In this document: piece by piece, positions 1-9,100 of the stretch
Position numbering within the stretch: the stretch's first letter is position 1
Layout of the letters: each line of letters starts with the position of its first letter
DNA from: Pseudomonadota bacterium
Lineage (GTDB): Bacteria; Pseudomonadota; Gammaproteobacteria; JAKAQQ01
Direction of reading: 5' to 3'
DNA length: 13,342 nt
Assembly (NCBI GenBank): GCA_027320085.1
Contig: DAHVLZ010000013.1
Span: 1-13,342, forward strand
The notes under the pieces: generated by a model
What the model was told of the DNA's origin: nothing
What the model saw: only the letters and a program-made list of their open reading frames with translations
Databases searched by the model: none
Program-made: the position numbers and the translations under genes

Positions 1-142
1 CTGATTGACCAATCGTCTCCTCACGCGAGGCGGTCGTCCCAGCGCCCTTGATCCGATCCTGCTGGGAGAGTTGATCGTGAAGGGCGTCCTCGACCGGTCC
101 AAGGCCATGTCCGCCTGACGGGTAAGGCAAGCGCAGATCCCT

Positions 143-1087
143 TCAGAACTGGCTGCTGAAACCGAGATAGAGGCCGTTCTCGGTCATCCGGATGTAGTTT
201 CCATCCTGCTGGCTGACTTCATGCTGCATGTAGTAGCGGTCATACCAGCCGAATCCGATCCGGCCGAACCGGCCGAGCCGGTAGACCACACCCAGATCGG
301 CCTCGCGATCAGTCTGGGTGACATAGACCTTTCCACCCTCGTTTCTCAGGCTGTAGAGGTTGGGCAGGTGCCCGCCCAGGATGCTGGCAACGAGGCTCCA
401 GTGGTGGCTCAGGACGCCGACGAGCCGGAGCCCGATCTGCGGAACCGGCAGCTCCTGGGTGATGAAATCCTCCATGGTATGCGGACCGCTCATCTGGTTG
501 GGCTGGTTCACCAGGCTGCCGTTCAGTTTGAAGGTCAACCCGACATAGGTGAAACCGGCTTCGACCGCAGCCCGCAATCGGCGGTGGAACCAGGATCCGA
601 GGCCGATCCGGTCGAACGCCGTGAGCTGCCAGTCCTCGACAACCGGCGTATCACTATAGACGGGGCGGCCGGGCGCCAGTCCCACACCGTTGAAATAGAT
701 CGTTCGTGGAAATTGTGTCTGTCCAGAAAACCTTGACAAATCAAGACGAATCACGAGCCACTGATCCGGCCCCACAGGATCCCGCCACCCGAGCCGGAGC
801 CTGAGGAGCGGACTTAACCCCAGTCCGCTGCCGAGCGGAAGCGGGGTTCCCCGCACCGCATTTTCGCGGACCTGGATGAAACCGCCCGGATTGCCGCGCA
901 TCAGGCGGATTTCCCAGTGGGCCTGCCGATGAGGCCGCCTTCGGCCAGGCCGGGCCTTTGGGGTTTGGACCGGGGGCCGGACAGGCGGAGCCGCATGGGC
1001 AGCCACGGCCAGAAGGAGGCAGCTCGCGGCGATGCCGAGGCCCCTCGCGCCAGGCCGGCTCCCCGCTGATGGGACCTGTGATTTCAT
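143..1087 (-). CDS. Uncharacterised outer-membrane beta-barrel protein (about 314 aa)
   Basis: Start moved to ATG 1087 (MKSQ...), which has a GGAGAG SD about 7 nt upstream. Signal-peptide-like LGIAASCLLLAVAAHA/A followed by a Pro/Arg-rich linker. Many alternating amphipathic strands (LRLRLGW, AAVEAGFTYV, ADLGVVYRL, IGFGWY) and a C-terminal beta-signal-like GLYLGFSSQF ending in Phe. Confidence 0.75.
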   Translation of the reverse strand: MKSQVPSAGSRPGARGLGIAASCLLLAVAAHAAPPVRPPVQTPKARPGRRRPHRQAHWEIRLMRGNPGGFIQVRENAVRGTPLPLGSGLGLSPLLRLRLGWRDPVGPDQWLVIRLDLSRFSGQTQFPRTIYFNGVGLAPGRPVYSDTPVVEDWQLTAFDRIGLGSWFHRRLRAAVEAGFTYVGLTFKLNGSLVNQPNQMSGPHTMEDFITQELPVPQIGLRLVGVLSHHWSLVASILGGHLPNLYSLRNEGGKVYVTQTDREADLGVVYRLGRFGRIGFGWYDRYYMQHEVSQQDGNYIRMTENGLYLGFSSQF

Positions 1088-1207
1088 CCGGACACTCTCC
1101 TGCGCTCGGGAATTTTCCGGCCACTGGAGATTTTGAGGTGACCGCAGCGGGTAAAGTTCCACCGGAGCCGGTTCGGGTCGCACTCATGGGTGCGGCCGCG
1201 CCCGCAA

Positions 1208-1996
1208 TCAGGATCCGCTCTCCGAGACCGTTCCTGCAAAAGCCCGGGTGTCGTAAACCAGTTCGACCGTCCCGTCGGTGGCCGTGTCGGCGAACAGTCG
1301 CCGTAGCGCGTCCAAGAGGGCTGCGTGTCCGGCCTGGCCGGGTGCCGGAACGTACGAAGAAGACTGCAGGCGCCCGCACAGCCCGGCCCAGTCCAGCCGC
1401 TGGCGATGCTCCAGACGGATCCCCGCACGGTAGCCCGATCCGTACCAGTCTTTCATGGCTAAATCGTCCGGGTAGCTGCGGGCGACCTCGTGGTAGTCGG
1501 TTCCGTACTCCCCCAACAGTCTTTCATAGCCTTCGAGAAAAGCCGAACCGGACAGCCGGCGGTGGTTCCAGAACACGAGGCAGAGTCCCCCACGACCGAG
1601 CAGGCGGGCAAACTCCCGTCGAGCCGCACCCGGATCGAACCAATGAAACGCCTGGGCCACGCTGACGAGGTCGACCTCACCGTCCGCAAGGCCGGTGGCC
1701 TCGGCACGCCCATTCACGCTGCGGAAACCTGCCCGCCCCCCGAGCCGGCGTTCGGCCGCAGCCCGCATGGCCGCATTCGGTTCCACTGCGACAACCCGAA
1801 AGCCCGCATCCAGGAACATCCCGGCGGAAATACCGGTACCGGATCCGATATCCGCGACCAGGCCCGGCGGCCCGATCCCCAGGATTTCCCGCAACCAGGC
1901 CAACAGCGTCGGCGGATAGCCCGGGCGGTAGCGGGCGTAGTCCCTGACGCGGCCGTCGAAGCGGGTGGTGGAATCCGTCCGGACCTCTCGGGACAC
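1208..1996 (-). CDS. Class I SAM-dependent methyltransferase (Methyltransf_11-like, about 262 aa)
   Basis: Motifs RF..RV.DY.RYRP.YP, motif I VADIGSGTG, VVAVEPN..MR, G.AE.TGL and VSVAQAFHWFD. Likely start is GTG 1996 with GGAGA 6 nt upstream; the ORF-track extension to 2110 looks non-coding. Confidence 0.9.
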   Translation of the reverse strand: MSREVRTDSTTRFDGRVRDYARYRPGYPPTLLAWLREILGIGPPGLVADIGSGTGISAGMFLDAGFRVVAVEPNAAMRAAAERRLGGRAGFRSVNGRAEATGLADGEVDLVSVAQAFHWFDPGAARREFARLLGRGGLCLVFWNHRRLSGSAFLEGYERLLGEYGTDYHEVARSYPDDLAMKDWYGSGYRAGIRLEHRQRLDWAGLCGRLQSSSYVPAPGQAGHAALLDALRRLFADTATDGTVELVYDTRAFAGTVSESGS

Positions 1997-2151
1997 CGGG
2001 TTTCTCCGGGGGGCGATCCGGCCATTGTCCACCCAAACCGCCCGGGTGGGTCCAGGGCCGACCCAACCCCGAAGGGGCGCCATCCGGCCCGGCATGAAGC
2101 TGTCGTACAATACAGGCCGCCCAAATGGAGCGGGCAGGAGAACGGATCCCC

Positions 2152-2853
2152 ATGAACCCGGATCGAGAACTCGAGACCTTGGTGCAGCTCATCGGCGAGC
2201 TCCGCGGGGCCCCCTATGCCCCGGCGGTCTTCGCCACGAGCTTCAGCGCGGAAGACATGGTGCTCACTGATCTCATTGCGAAACACGCACCCTGGATCGG
2301 GGTGTTCACGATCGACACCGGACGCCTGCCGGAGGAGACCTACCGGCTCATGCAGGAAACCCGCGAACGCTACCCGATCCCCATCCGGACCTTTCTCCCC
2401 GGAACCCGCCAGCTCGAAAGCTTTGTCCAGCGCTTCGGGCCCAATGGCTTCTATGCCAGCCCTGCGCTCCGCGCGACCTGTTGCGAGGTGCGCAAGATCG
2501 AACCCTTGAGGAGAGCCCTCGCGGGCCAGGGCAGCTGGATCACGGGATTGCGCCGTGAGCAGTCACCCACGCGCCGGGATCTTCCCGTCCGGGAATGGGA
2601 CAACCGGCACGGGCTTCACAAGATGAACCCCCTGGCCGGGTGGAGCCAAGAGCAGGTCTGGGACTACATTCACCGCTTCCGGGTTCCCTACAACGCCCTG
2701 CATGACCAGGGCTATCCCAGCATCGGCTGCGCCCCCTGCACCCGCGCCGTGCAACCCGGCGAGGACATGCGCAAGGGTCGCTGGTGGTGGGAACCGGAAG
2801 AGGTCGCCAAGGAATGCGGGCTGCATCGGGGACCCGGGCAAGACTCACACTGA
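2152..2853 (+). CDS. cysH: Thioredoxin-dependent adenylyl-sulfate (APS) reductase, 4Fe-4S type, PAPS reductase family
   Basis: Motifs SFSAED, IDTGRL, CCEVRKIEPL (CC at 2479-2484), WITGLRREQS..R, NPLA.W, YN.LHD.GYPSIGCAPCT (CxxC at 2728-2739) and terminal KECGLH. ATG 2152 follows AGGAG (2136-2140); ATG 2125 is an alternative start. Confidence 0.95.
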   Translation: MNPDRELETLVQLIGELRGAPYAPAVFATSFSAEDMVLTDLIAKHAPWIGVFTIDTGRLPEETYRLMQETRERYPIPIRTFLPGTRQLESFVQRFGPNGFYASPALRATCCEVRKIEPLRRALAGQGSWITGLRREQSPTRRDLPVREWDNRHGLHKMNPLAGWSQEQVWDYIHRFRVPYNALHDQGYPSIGCAPCTRAVQPGEDMRKGRWWWEPEEVAKECGLHRGPGQDSH

Positions 2854-2891
2854 GCATTCCCCGGGTGCCGGATGAGCCGAAACCGCATCGC

Positions 2892-3593
2892 TCAGCCGCC
2901 GGCCCGCGCCGTTTCCGAAACATCCTTCTCGACCGGAAATCCGAGGAGGCGCCATTCCGGCACGCCCTCCTCCAAGCGGCGTGCCCGGTAGCCCTCCCGA
3001 CGCAGGATTTCCAGGGCCTCGAGGGCCAGGAAACAATAGGGGCCCCGGCAATAGACCACGATCATCGACTCGGGGGATAGTGCCGGCAGCTCGCTCCGGA
3101 GCCGCTCCCGGGGAATATGGATGGCTCCCGGCAGATGCCCGGCCCGGTACTCCTCGACAGGCCGCACATCGACCAGAACCAGGGGTTCCTGCCCCAGCCG
3201 TGCCCAAAGTTCGGCGGCCCGGATCGGCGGCTCCTCATCGCGGCTCCGGATCTGCTCGTGAACCAGTTTCTCGACACTGGCGAGCGAGGCCTCGGCCACT
3301 TTTTCCAGGGACAGGACGAGGGAGGAAACCGGGTCCCCGGAGAGCCGGTAGAGACGATGCCGCCCGACCGGACGGTCGACCACGAGGCCTGCACGCTTGA
3401 GTTTCTGGAGGTGCTGGGAGGCACTCGCGATGCTGATGCCGAGGAATCCCGCCAGCGCTTCGACCCCGCGTTCCCCCTGGGCCAGAAGCTCAAGCAGGGA
3501 AAGGCGGGAACCATGGGCCAAGGCATCGGCAACCAGGGCGAACTGGCTGAAAAGGGCCTGTCTGTCGGAGGGGGTTTTAGGGGTCATTGACAT
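2892..3593 (-). CDS. ArsR/SmtB-family transcriptional regulator fused to a C-terminal rhodanese domain
   Basis: N-terminal winged HTH (ALAHGSRLSLLELLAQGERGVEALA...ASQHLQKLKRAGLV...YRL). C-terminal rhodanese (VLVDVRP.EEY.AGHLPGAIHIP, active loop VVYCRGPYC, RRLEEG.PEW). Start is ATG 3593 or 3587; no clear SD. Confidence 0.93.
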   Translation of the reverse strand: MSMTPKTPSDRQALFSQFALVADALAHGSRLSLLELLAQGERGVEALAGFLGISIASASQHLQKLKRAGLVVDRPVGRHRLYRLSGDPVSSLVLSLEKVAEASLASVEKLVHEQIRSRDEEPPIRAAELWARLGQEPLVLVDVRPVEEYRAGHLPGAIHIPRERLRSELPALSPESMIVVYCRGPYCFLALEALEILRREGYRARRLEEGVPEWRLLGFPVEKDVSETARAGG

Positions 3594-3615
3594 AACTATA
3601 TTCAACCATTATATT
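3587..3615 (+). promoter_or_regulatory. sigma70-type promoter for the RND operon
   Basis: TTGACA (3587-3592), 17-nt spacer, TATATT (3610-3615): 11/12 match to consensus, in the only strongly AT-rich patch of the window, 43 nt upstream of the TolC ATG. Confidence 0.8.
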
Positions 3616-3625
3616 TAATGGTAGA
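3602..3625. promoter_or_regulatory. Inverted-repeat operator, probably for the ArsR-rhodanese regulator
   Basis: TCaACCATTA-tatt-TAATGGTaGA: perfect 7-bp arms at 3605-3611 and 3616-3622, extended by TC/GA after one mismatch. It covers the -10 hexamer, as expected for an ArsR-family repressor site. Confidence 0.7.
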
Positions 3626-3646
3626 TCATATGAGGCCTAAGCACAA
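3608..3646 (-). promoter_or_regulatory. Candidate divergent promoter(s) for the ArsR-rhodanese gene
   Basis: Minus strand has a perfect TATAAT at 3613-3608 (poor -35), and separately TTGTGC (3646-3641)-17-TACCAT (3623-3618). Both overlap the inverted repeat. Confidence 0.45.
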
Positions 3647-3658
3647 GTATCCCCTGCC

Positions 3659-5098
3659 ATGTTCAATCGATCAGACCGTAAAAAGAACCGTGCCGCATAC
3701 CTCCTGACCGGCATTCTCGCCTTTTCCGTGACACTCTTCCAGCAGGGAAACGCCCAGCCCATCGGATTCAAGGCAGCGGTCTCCCTGGCCCTCCGGACCA
3801 GCCCGGAATCTGAGATCCGTCGGGCCGAGGTTACCTCCGCCCGAGGTCGCCTGACCGAAGCAGAGGGCCGGCGACTGCCCCACCTCGGACTGGAATGGGC
3901 GGCCGGACGCAGCAATGACCCGCTCACCGTCCTGGGCTACCGGCTGAGCGAGGGGCAGGCCAGCTTCGGTGATCTCGGTCTCGGCAGCTACACCGGCCCC
4001 TCCTCCCTGGACAGCCAGCCCGCCACCCTGGACAACCCGGACTATGCCGACAACTTCGATACCGGCATCGTGCTCGATGTCCCCTTATTTGCCAGCGGAA
4101 CCCATGCGGCTGAGGAACGCGGGGCGCGGGCCCTGCTCGATGCCCGCAGGGTCCACGCTGGAGCCTCGACCGGAGTGGTCACCTTTGAAGTGTTAAGGCG
4201 CTATGACGGGGTCCACACCACTCACGCACTCTTCCAGGCGGCACGGCAAACCGTGCGCGCCGCCCGGGGCGATCTCCGGACCGCCGAGTCCTTGTTCCGG
4301 AAAGGACTCGTCATCCGAAGCGATGTCCTGGCCGCCCGGGCCCATCTCGCGGAAGCCCGGGCCCGTGAAGAAGCCGCACGCGCCCGCTGGCAGGATGCCT
4401 TGGACAGCTTCCGGATCACGCTCGGCTTGCCGACATCGAGCCGGGTCATCCCCGGGCCCGCCGTCGTCGTTCGCCTCCCCCGGGGATCTGTGGCAGAGCT
4501 CCACTCCACCCTGCTTCACGACAACCCGGACCTGCGCTCGCTGCGCGCTCGGCTCAGGGCCCAGAGTTCCTTCCTCAGTGCCACAGAAGACGGACGCGGC
4601 CCCCGGCTCGACCTGGTCCTTCGGCACGACTGGAACGGTCGAACGCCGGGCTTTCACGCACCCTCCAATACCTTCCTCCTCGAACTGCGCTGGAATCTCT
4701 ACACGGCGGGTGTTGAATCTGGATCTGAATCCGCAGCCCGGGCCCGTCGTCGGAAGGCCCGAGCTGAACTCCTCGAAGCTCAACGGAGGCTCGAACGGGC
4801 CCTGATCCAAAGCGAGAGGAATGTTCAGGTGACCGCGCACGAGGTCCGGGCGAGCGGCATCGCAGCACACGAGGCCCGCCTGGCCGCCCATCTCGTGGAC
4901 TTGCGCTACCGCCAGGGCTTGGGCACGCTGACCCATCTCCTCTCCGCCCAAGCGCGTCTCGAGCGTGCCCGGGCCCGACTTGTTCTCAGCCGCTACCGCC
5001 TGGTACTCGAGCGAGCGGCGCTCCGGCTCACCCTGAACCGCCTCGGTCCAGACACGGTCATTGCTGCCCCTGACAACTCCGGATACCCGGGGGAGTGA
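3659..5098 (+). CDS. TolC-family outer membrane efflux factor (479 aa)
   Basis: Basic N-terminus plus hydrophobic signal segment. Two OEP-type repeats (A...SPE...A...A......RLPHL.L; VPLF.SG; NPDL; P.LDL; LRWNLY.AG), coiled-coil helices and RY.QG..TL..LL.AQ. Lies directly upstream of MFP and RND genes. Confidence 0.92.
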   Translation: MFNRSDRKKNRAAYLLTGILAFSVTLFQQGNAQPIGFKAAVSLALRTSPESEIRRAEVTSARGRLTEAEGRRLPHLGLEWAAGRSNDPLTVLGYRLSEGQASFGDLGLGSYTGPSSLDSQPATLDNPDYADNFDTGIVLDVPLFASGTHAAEERGARALLDARRVHAGASTGVVTFEVLRRYDGVHTTHALFQAARQTVRAARGDLRTAESLFRKGLVIRSDVLAARAHLAEARAREEAARARWQDALDSFRITLGLPTSSRVIPGPAVVVRLPRGSVAELHSTLLHDNPDLRSLRARLRAQSSFLSATEDGRGPRLDLVLRHDWNGRTPGFHAPSNTFLLELRWNLYTAGVESGSESAARARRRKARAELLEAQRRLERALIQSERNVQVTAHEVRASGIAAHEARLAAHLVDLRYRQGLGTLTHLLSAQARLERARARLVLSRYRLVLERAALRLTLNRLGPDTVIAAPDNSGYPGE

Positions 5099-5100
5099 AC

Positions 5101-6168
5101 ATGAGAAGACTCCTCTTGCCTGCCCTGGTCACCCTCCTGCTCCTGACCTCTGCCTGCACCCGGCATCCGTCCGCGACCTCAACCGGAGCGCTTCCCCGGG
5201 TCGCGGTGGTTCCCGTCCTCCCATTCCACGTCAGGCGGATCCTCAGCATTCCCGGACAGGTAACCCGAGAACACACCGCACTCCTGGCCTCCCGCGAGGG
5301 CGGGTTCATCACCCTCTCGCCCGTGACGGCCGGCTCCCACGTGCGCCAGGGGACACTCCTGGCCGTGGTCGGCCAGGCGGGGGCCCGCGCCCGGCTTGCC
5401 CAAGCCCGCGACCAGAGCGTGGCCGCACAGTTGAACCTCAGGGAGGCCGAAAAACAGGAGCAGCGTTACCGGGTTCTTGACCAGGAAGGGGCGGTCTCCA
5501 CCCACGAATACGAAGACATCCACCGCCGTTACCAGATCGCCCAAGCCCAGGCCATGGCCGCCCGGGCCGGATGGGCGGCCGCGCAAGCCAACCTGTCCTA
5601 TGCAAGAATCCGGGCCCCGTTTTCGGGACTCGTGGCCCGGCGTTTCCTGCAGGAGGGATCATTCGCCGCACCGGGGGCTCCCCTCCTCAAGCTCGTGGGG
5701 GGGGCCTCCGAAATCCGTACTGCCGTGGCCAACTCACTGTACCGAAGCCTCCGGATCGGGGAATCCGTCCCGGTCTCGGTCGACGGACGGATCTACCGGG
5801 CCCGGGTCATCCGGATGGTCGGAGCCCAGGATCCTTCCACCGAAACCCACGAGGTAAGGCTCCTGCTCCCGGTCACCGGACCGCAACCAGCCTACGGTGC
5901 CTTGGCCGCGGTCGATTTTCCGGTGGGACGTCAGCGGGCACTCGGCATTCCACGGTCGGCACTCGTCCGGCGGGCCGGCCTCATCGGCGTCTTCGGCGTG
6001 ACCCCGAAAGGGCGGGTCTTCTTCCAGCCGGTCCGGCTCACCCCAGAGACCCGGAGCTCCGAAATCGCGATCGCGGCCGGACTCAAGGCGGGAGACCGGG
6101 TCGTCGTCCATCCACGGGCCCGCCTCGAAAACGGCACCCGGATCGTTCCGGTCCCACTCCATGCGTGA
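5101..6168 (+). CDS. RND efflux periplasmic adaptor (membrane fusion protein), lipoprotein
   Basis: Lipoprotein signal MRRLLLPALVTLLLLTSA/C. Lipoyl-like half-motifs (V.AGSHVRQG.LL; YARIRAPFSGLV...EG.FAAPG.PLL), alpha-hairpin and C-terminal GLKAGDRVV. ATG 5101 has GGAG at 5092-5095; GTG 5095, overlapping the TolC stop, is an alternative. Confidence 0.93.
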   Translation: MRRLLLPALVTLLLLTSACTRHPSATSTGALPRVAVVPVLPFHVRRILSIPGQVTREHTALLASREGGFITLSPVTAGSHVRQGTLLAVVGQAGARARLAQARDQSVAAQLNLREAEKQEQRYRVLDQEGAVSTHEYEDIHRRYQIAQAQAMAARAGWAAAQANLSYARIRAPFSGLVARRFLQEGSFAAPGAPLLKLVGGASEIRTAVANSLYRSLRIGESVPVSVDGRIYRARVIRMVGAQDPSTETHEVRLLLPVTGPQPAYGALAAVDFPVGRQRALGIPRSALVRRAGLIGVFGVTPKGRVFFQPVRLTPETRSSEIAIAAGLKAGDRVVVHPRARLENGTRIVPVPLHA

Positions 6169-9100
6169 AAACGCCCGTCCGCTCAATCCCGCAGGCCGGC
6201 TCGCCCGCACCTTCCTCCATTCCAAGCTGACCCCGCTTCTCATCCTGGCCGCCACCCTCTTTGGGCTGCTCGCCATCCTCGAAACCCCAAGGACCTACAA
6301 CCCGAGCATCGAGGTTCCGGTGGTCAACCTCACGGTCATCCGACCCTCGAGCACGCCCCGCGCCATGCTGGAACAGGTGGTCCGTCCGCTCGAGGCCCTG
6401 ATGGCCTCCCTCCCCGGGGTGGCCCATACCTATGGCATGGCCCGGGCCGGAGTCGCCACGGTGACCGTCCGCTTCCGGGTCGGAGCCAATCAGGAGAAGA
6501 GCCTGGTCAAGGTCTACAACCAGATCCAGAGCAACCTGAACCGGCTCCCGCCCGGCACCCGGCCTCCCCTGATCCAGTCCCTGAGCCTCTACGACGTGCC
6601 CATCCTGACCCTCACGTTGAGTGCACGCCATCTGGACGCGGAGGCGCTCCGGGTCGTGGCCGAGCATGTCCTCGCGCCCCTGAGGAGCATCCCCGGGGTC
6701 GGCAAGACCTGGATTGCGGGAGCCCCGGCACCCGCCATGCGCGTCTGGCTCAATCCCCTCCGCCTCGCCGCCGACCGCCTCACACCCACCGCCGTGGCCG
6801 AGGCGCTGGCCGCAGCCAACGTCACCCGGCCCGCCGGATCCCTGCTCGTGGGCGGCCGGCGGATGCCGTTGCGCGTGAGCGCGGGAGTCGGCAACGCAAA
6901 AGCCGTGGGCGCCATCGTCCTCGCCCTCCGGCACCACCGGCCGGTCTTCCTGCGCGACGTGGCCCGGATCGCCCCCGGACCGGCCAACGAGGCCGTCCGC
7001 TCGACGATCGGATTCGGACCGGCCTCCGCCCACCGGGGACGACCGCCCGAGACAGCTGTCACCCTGGCCATCGCCCGTCAGCGGGGCACCGACGGGGTCC
7101 GGGTTGCGGACGCCGTCCTGTCCCGGCTCCACCGGGTGGAACAGTGGGCGCTGCCGGCTGGCGTCCACGTCACCATCACCCGCAATGACGGGCAGACCGC
7201 GAACAATGCGGTCGATACCCTGATCGAGCATCTCGGTCTCTCGATCCTCGCGGTGGTCGCGATCCTGATTGTTTTCCTGGGCTGGCGCGAGGCCTCCATC
7301 GTGGCCCTCTCGATCCCCCTCATCCTGTTCGTGGTCCTGGGTGTGGGGTGGATTGCCGGCCAGAGCATCAACCGCATCACCCTCTTCGCCCTCATCCTCT
7401 CCCTGGGCCTGCTCGTCGATGACAGCATCGTCGTCATCGAAAACATCCACCGCCATCTGCACGATCGGCGAGAGGGAAATTTCGGGCGGCTCATCGTGAC
7501 GGCAGCGGACGAGATCGGCCGTCCCACCATCATGGCCACCTTCACGGTCATCGTGGCACTCGTCCCCATGGCCTTCGTGGGCGGCATGATGGGTCCCTTC
7601 ATGGCCCCCATCCCGTTCAACGCGCCGATCGCCATGCTGACCTCCCTCCTCATGGCCTATACCGTGGTGCCCTTCGTGGCCTACCGCTGGCTCAAGACCC
7701 GAAAGCCCAAGATCCTGGCCGAAGCCGCCATGCCCACGCTCGAGGAACGGGGCAAGGCTTCGCGTGACCGGCTCCACCGTCTCTACCTTCGCCTGTTCCG
7801 CCCCCTCCTGGAATCCCCCGGACGACGCCGGTGGTTGGGGGCCGGGGTCACGGCACTCCTCCTCCTCGCACTGCTCCAGCCCCTCTGGCAGTTTATCCGT
7901 CCGCAGGGCATGAACGGTCCGCTCTCCCCGTTCGGCGTGGCGCTCAAAATGCTGCCCAATGACAACGTGAACACCCTCCTCCTCGCCGTGGACCTGCCCG
8001 CGGGCACCCCGCTCGTCGAGACCGAGCGGGTGACGGATGAGGTAGCCCGGATCCTCCGGCACAACCGCAACGTCAGAAACGAGCAGAGTTTCGTGGGTGA
8101 GGCCGCCCCGGAGGACTTTGCCTCCCTGGTCCGCGGGGATGCGTTCCGGCGCGGACGGAACTTCGCCGAGATCCGGGTCAACCTCCTCGCCAAGAGCCGG
8201 CGCAGCATCGGATCCAACGGGATCGCCCGCGAGATCGAACGCGCCCTGGCCCCCCTCCGTCAGGGCGACCCCGAGGCCCGGATCAAGATCCTGGAGACCC
8301 CCCCGGGTCCCCCGGTCCGCTCCCAGATGATGGCGGCCCTCTACGGTCCCTCCTACCGCGAGCTCCGCACGCTCGCCACCCGTCTCCTCGCCCAGGACTA
8401 CCCCCGCATCTACGGCATGATCAATGAGGATGATTCGGTCGGGCATGAACACGATCAGTACCGTCTCCGGATCCGCCGGCTGGCCGCCGCCCAGGATGGA
8501 CTTTCGGCGCGGGACCTGGCTCGCCAGGTCACCGCCTATTTCAAAGGCGTCGTGGCGGGTAGTCTGGACGATCCCCGGGCCCGGCGGCCGATCCCCCTCG
8601 TGCTCCGGCTCCCGCGGTCGGACCGGATCGGGACCGGGCCGCTTCAGGGACTCCTGCTCGTCAATCCCGAGGGCCGGCGGATCGCGCTCACGAGCGTGGC
8701 GCGGATCGAGCGCGGGCCTGCGCCGCGGCCTTTTTATACCCGGGACCAGCACCCGGTCGTCTATCTCACCGGCCACATGCTTCGCTCGAGTCCGGTCGAT
8801 GGCGTCCTCTCGCTCACCCGCTGGCTCGAGGGGCTCAAACTGCCGGACGGCCAGCACCTCCACGTCGGCAACCTGGGGTTCTCTCCCTCGCATCCCCGGG
8901 TCGGCCGTTATGATCTCTTCTGGCAGGGCGAGATGCGCTTGACACTCAACGTCTTCCGGGACCTGGGTTCGGCCTTCCTGGTCGCCATCGTGCTGATCTA
9001 TATTCTGCTGGTCGGCTACTACCGGTCGTTCTTCCTGCCGCTGATCGTCATGGGCGCGATCCCCCTCACGCTGATCGGCGTCTTCCCCGGTCATTGGCTT

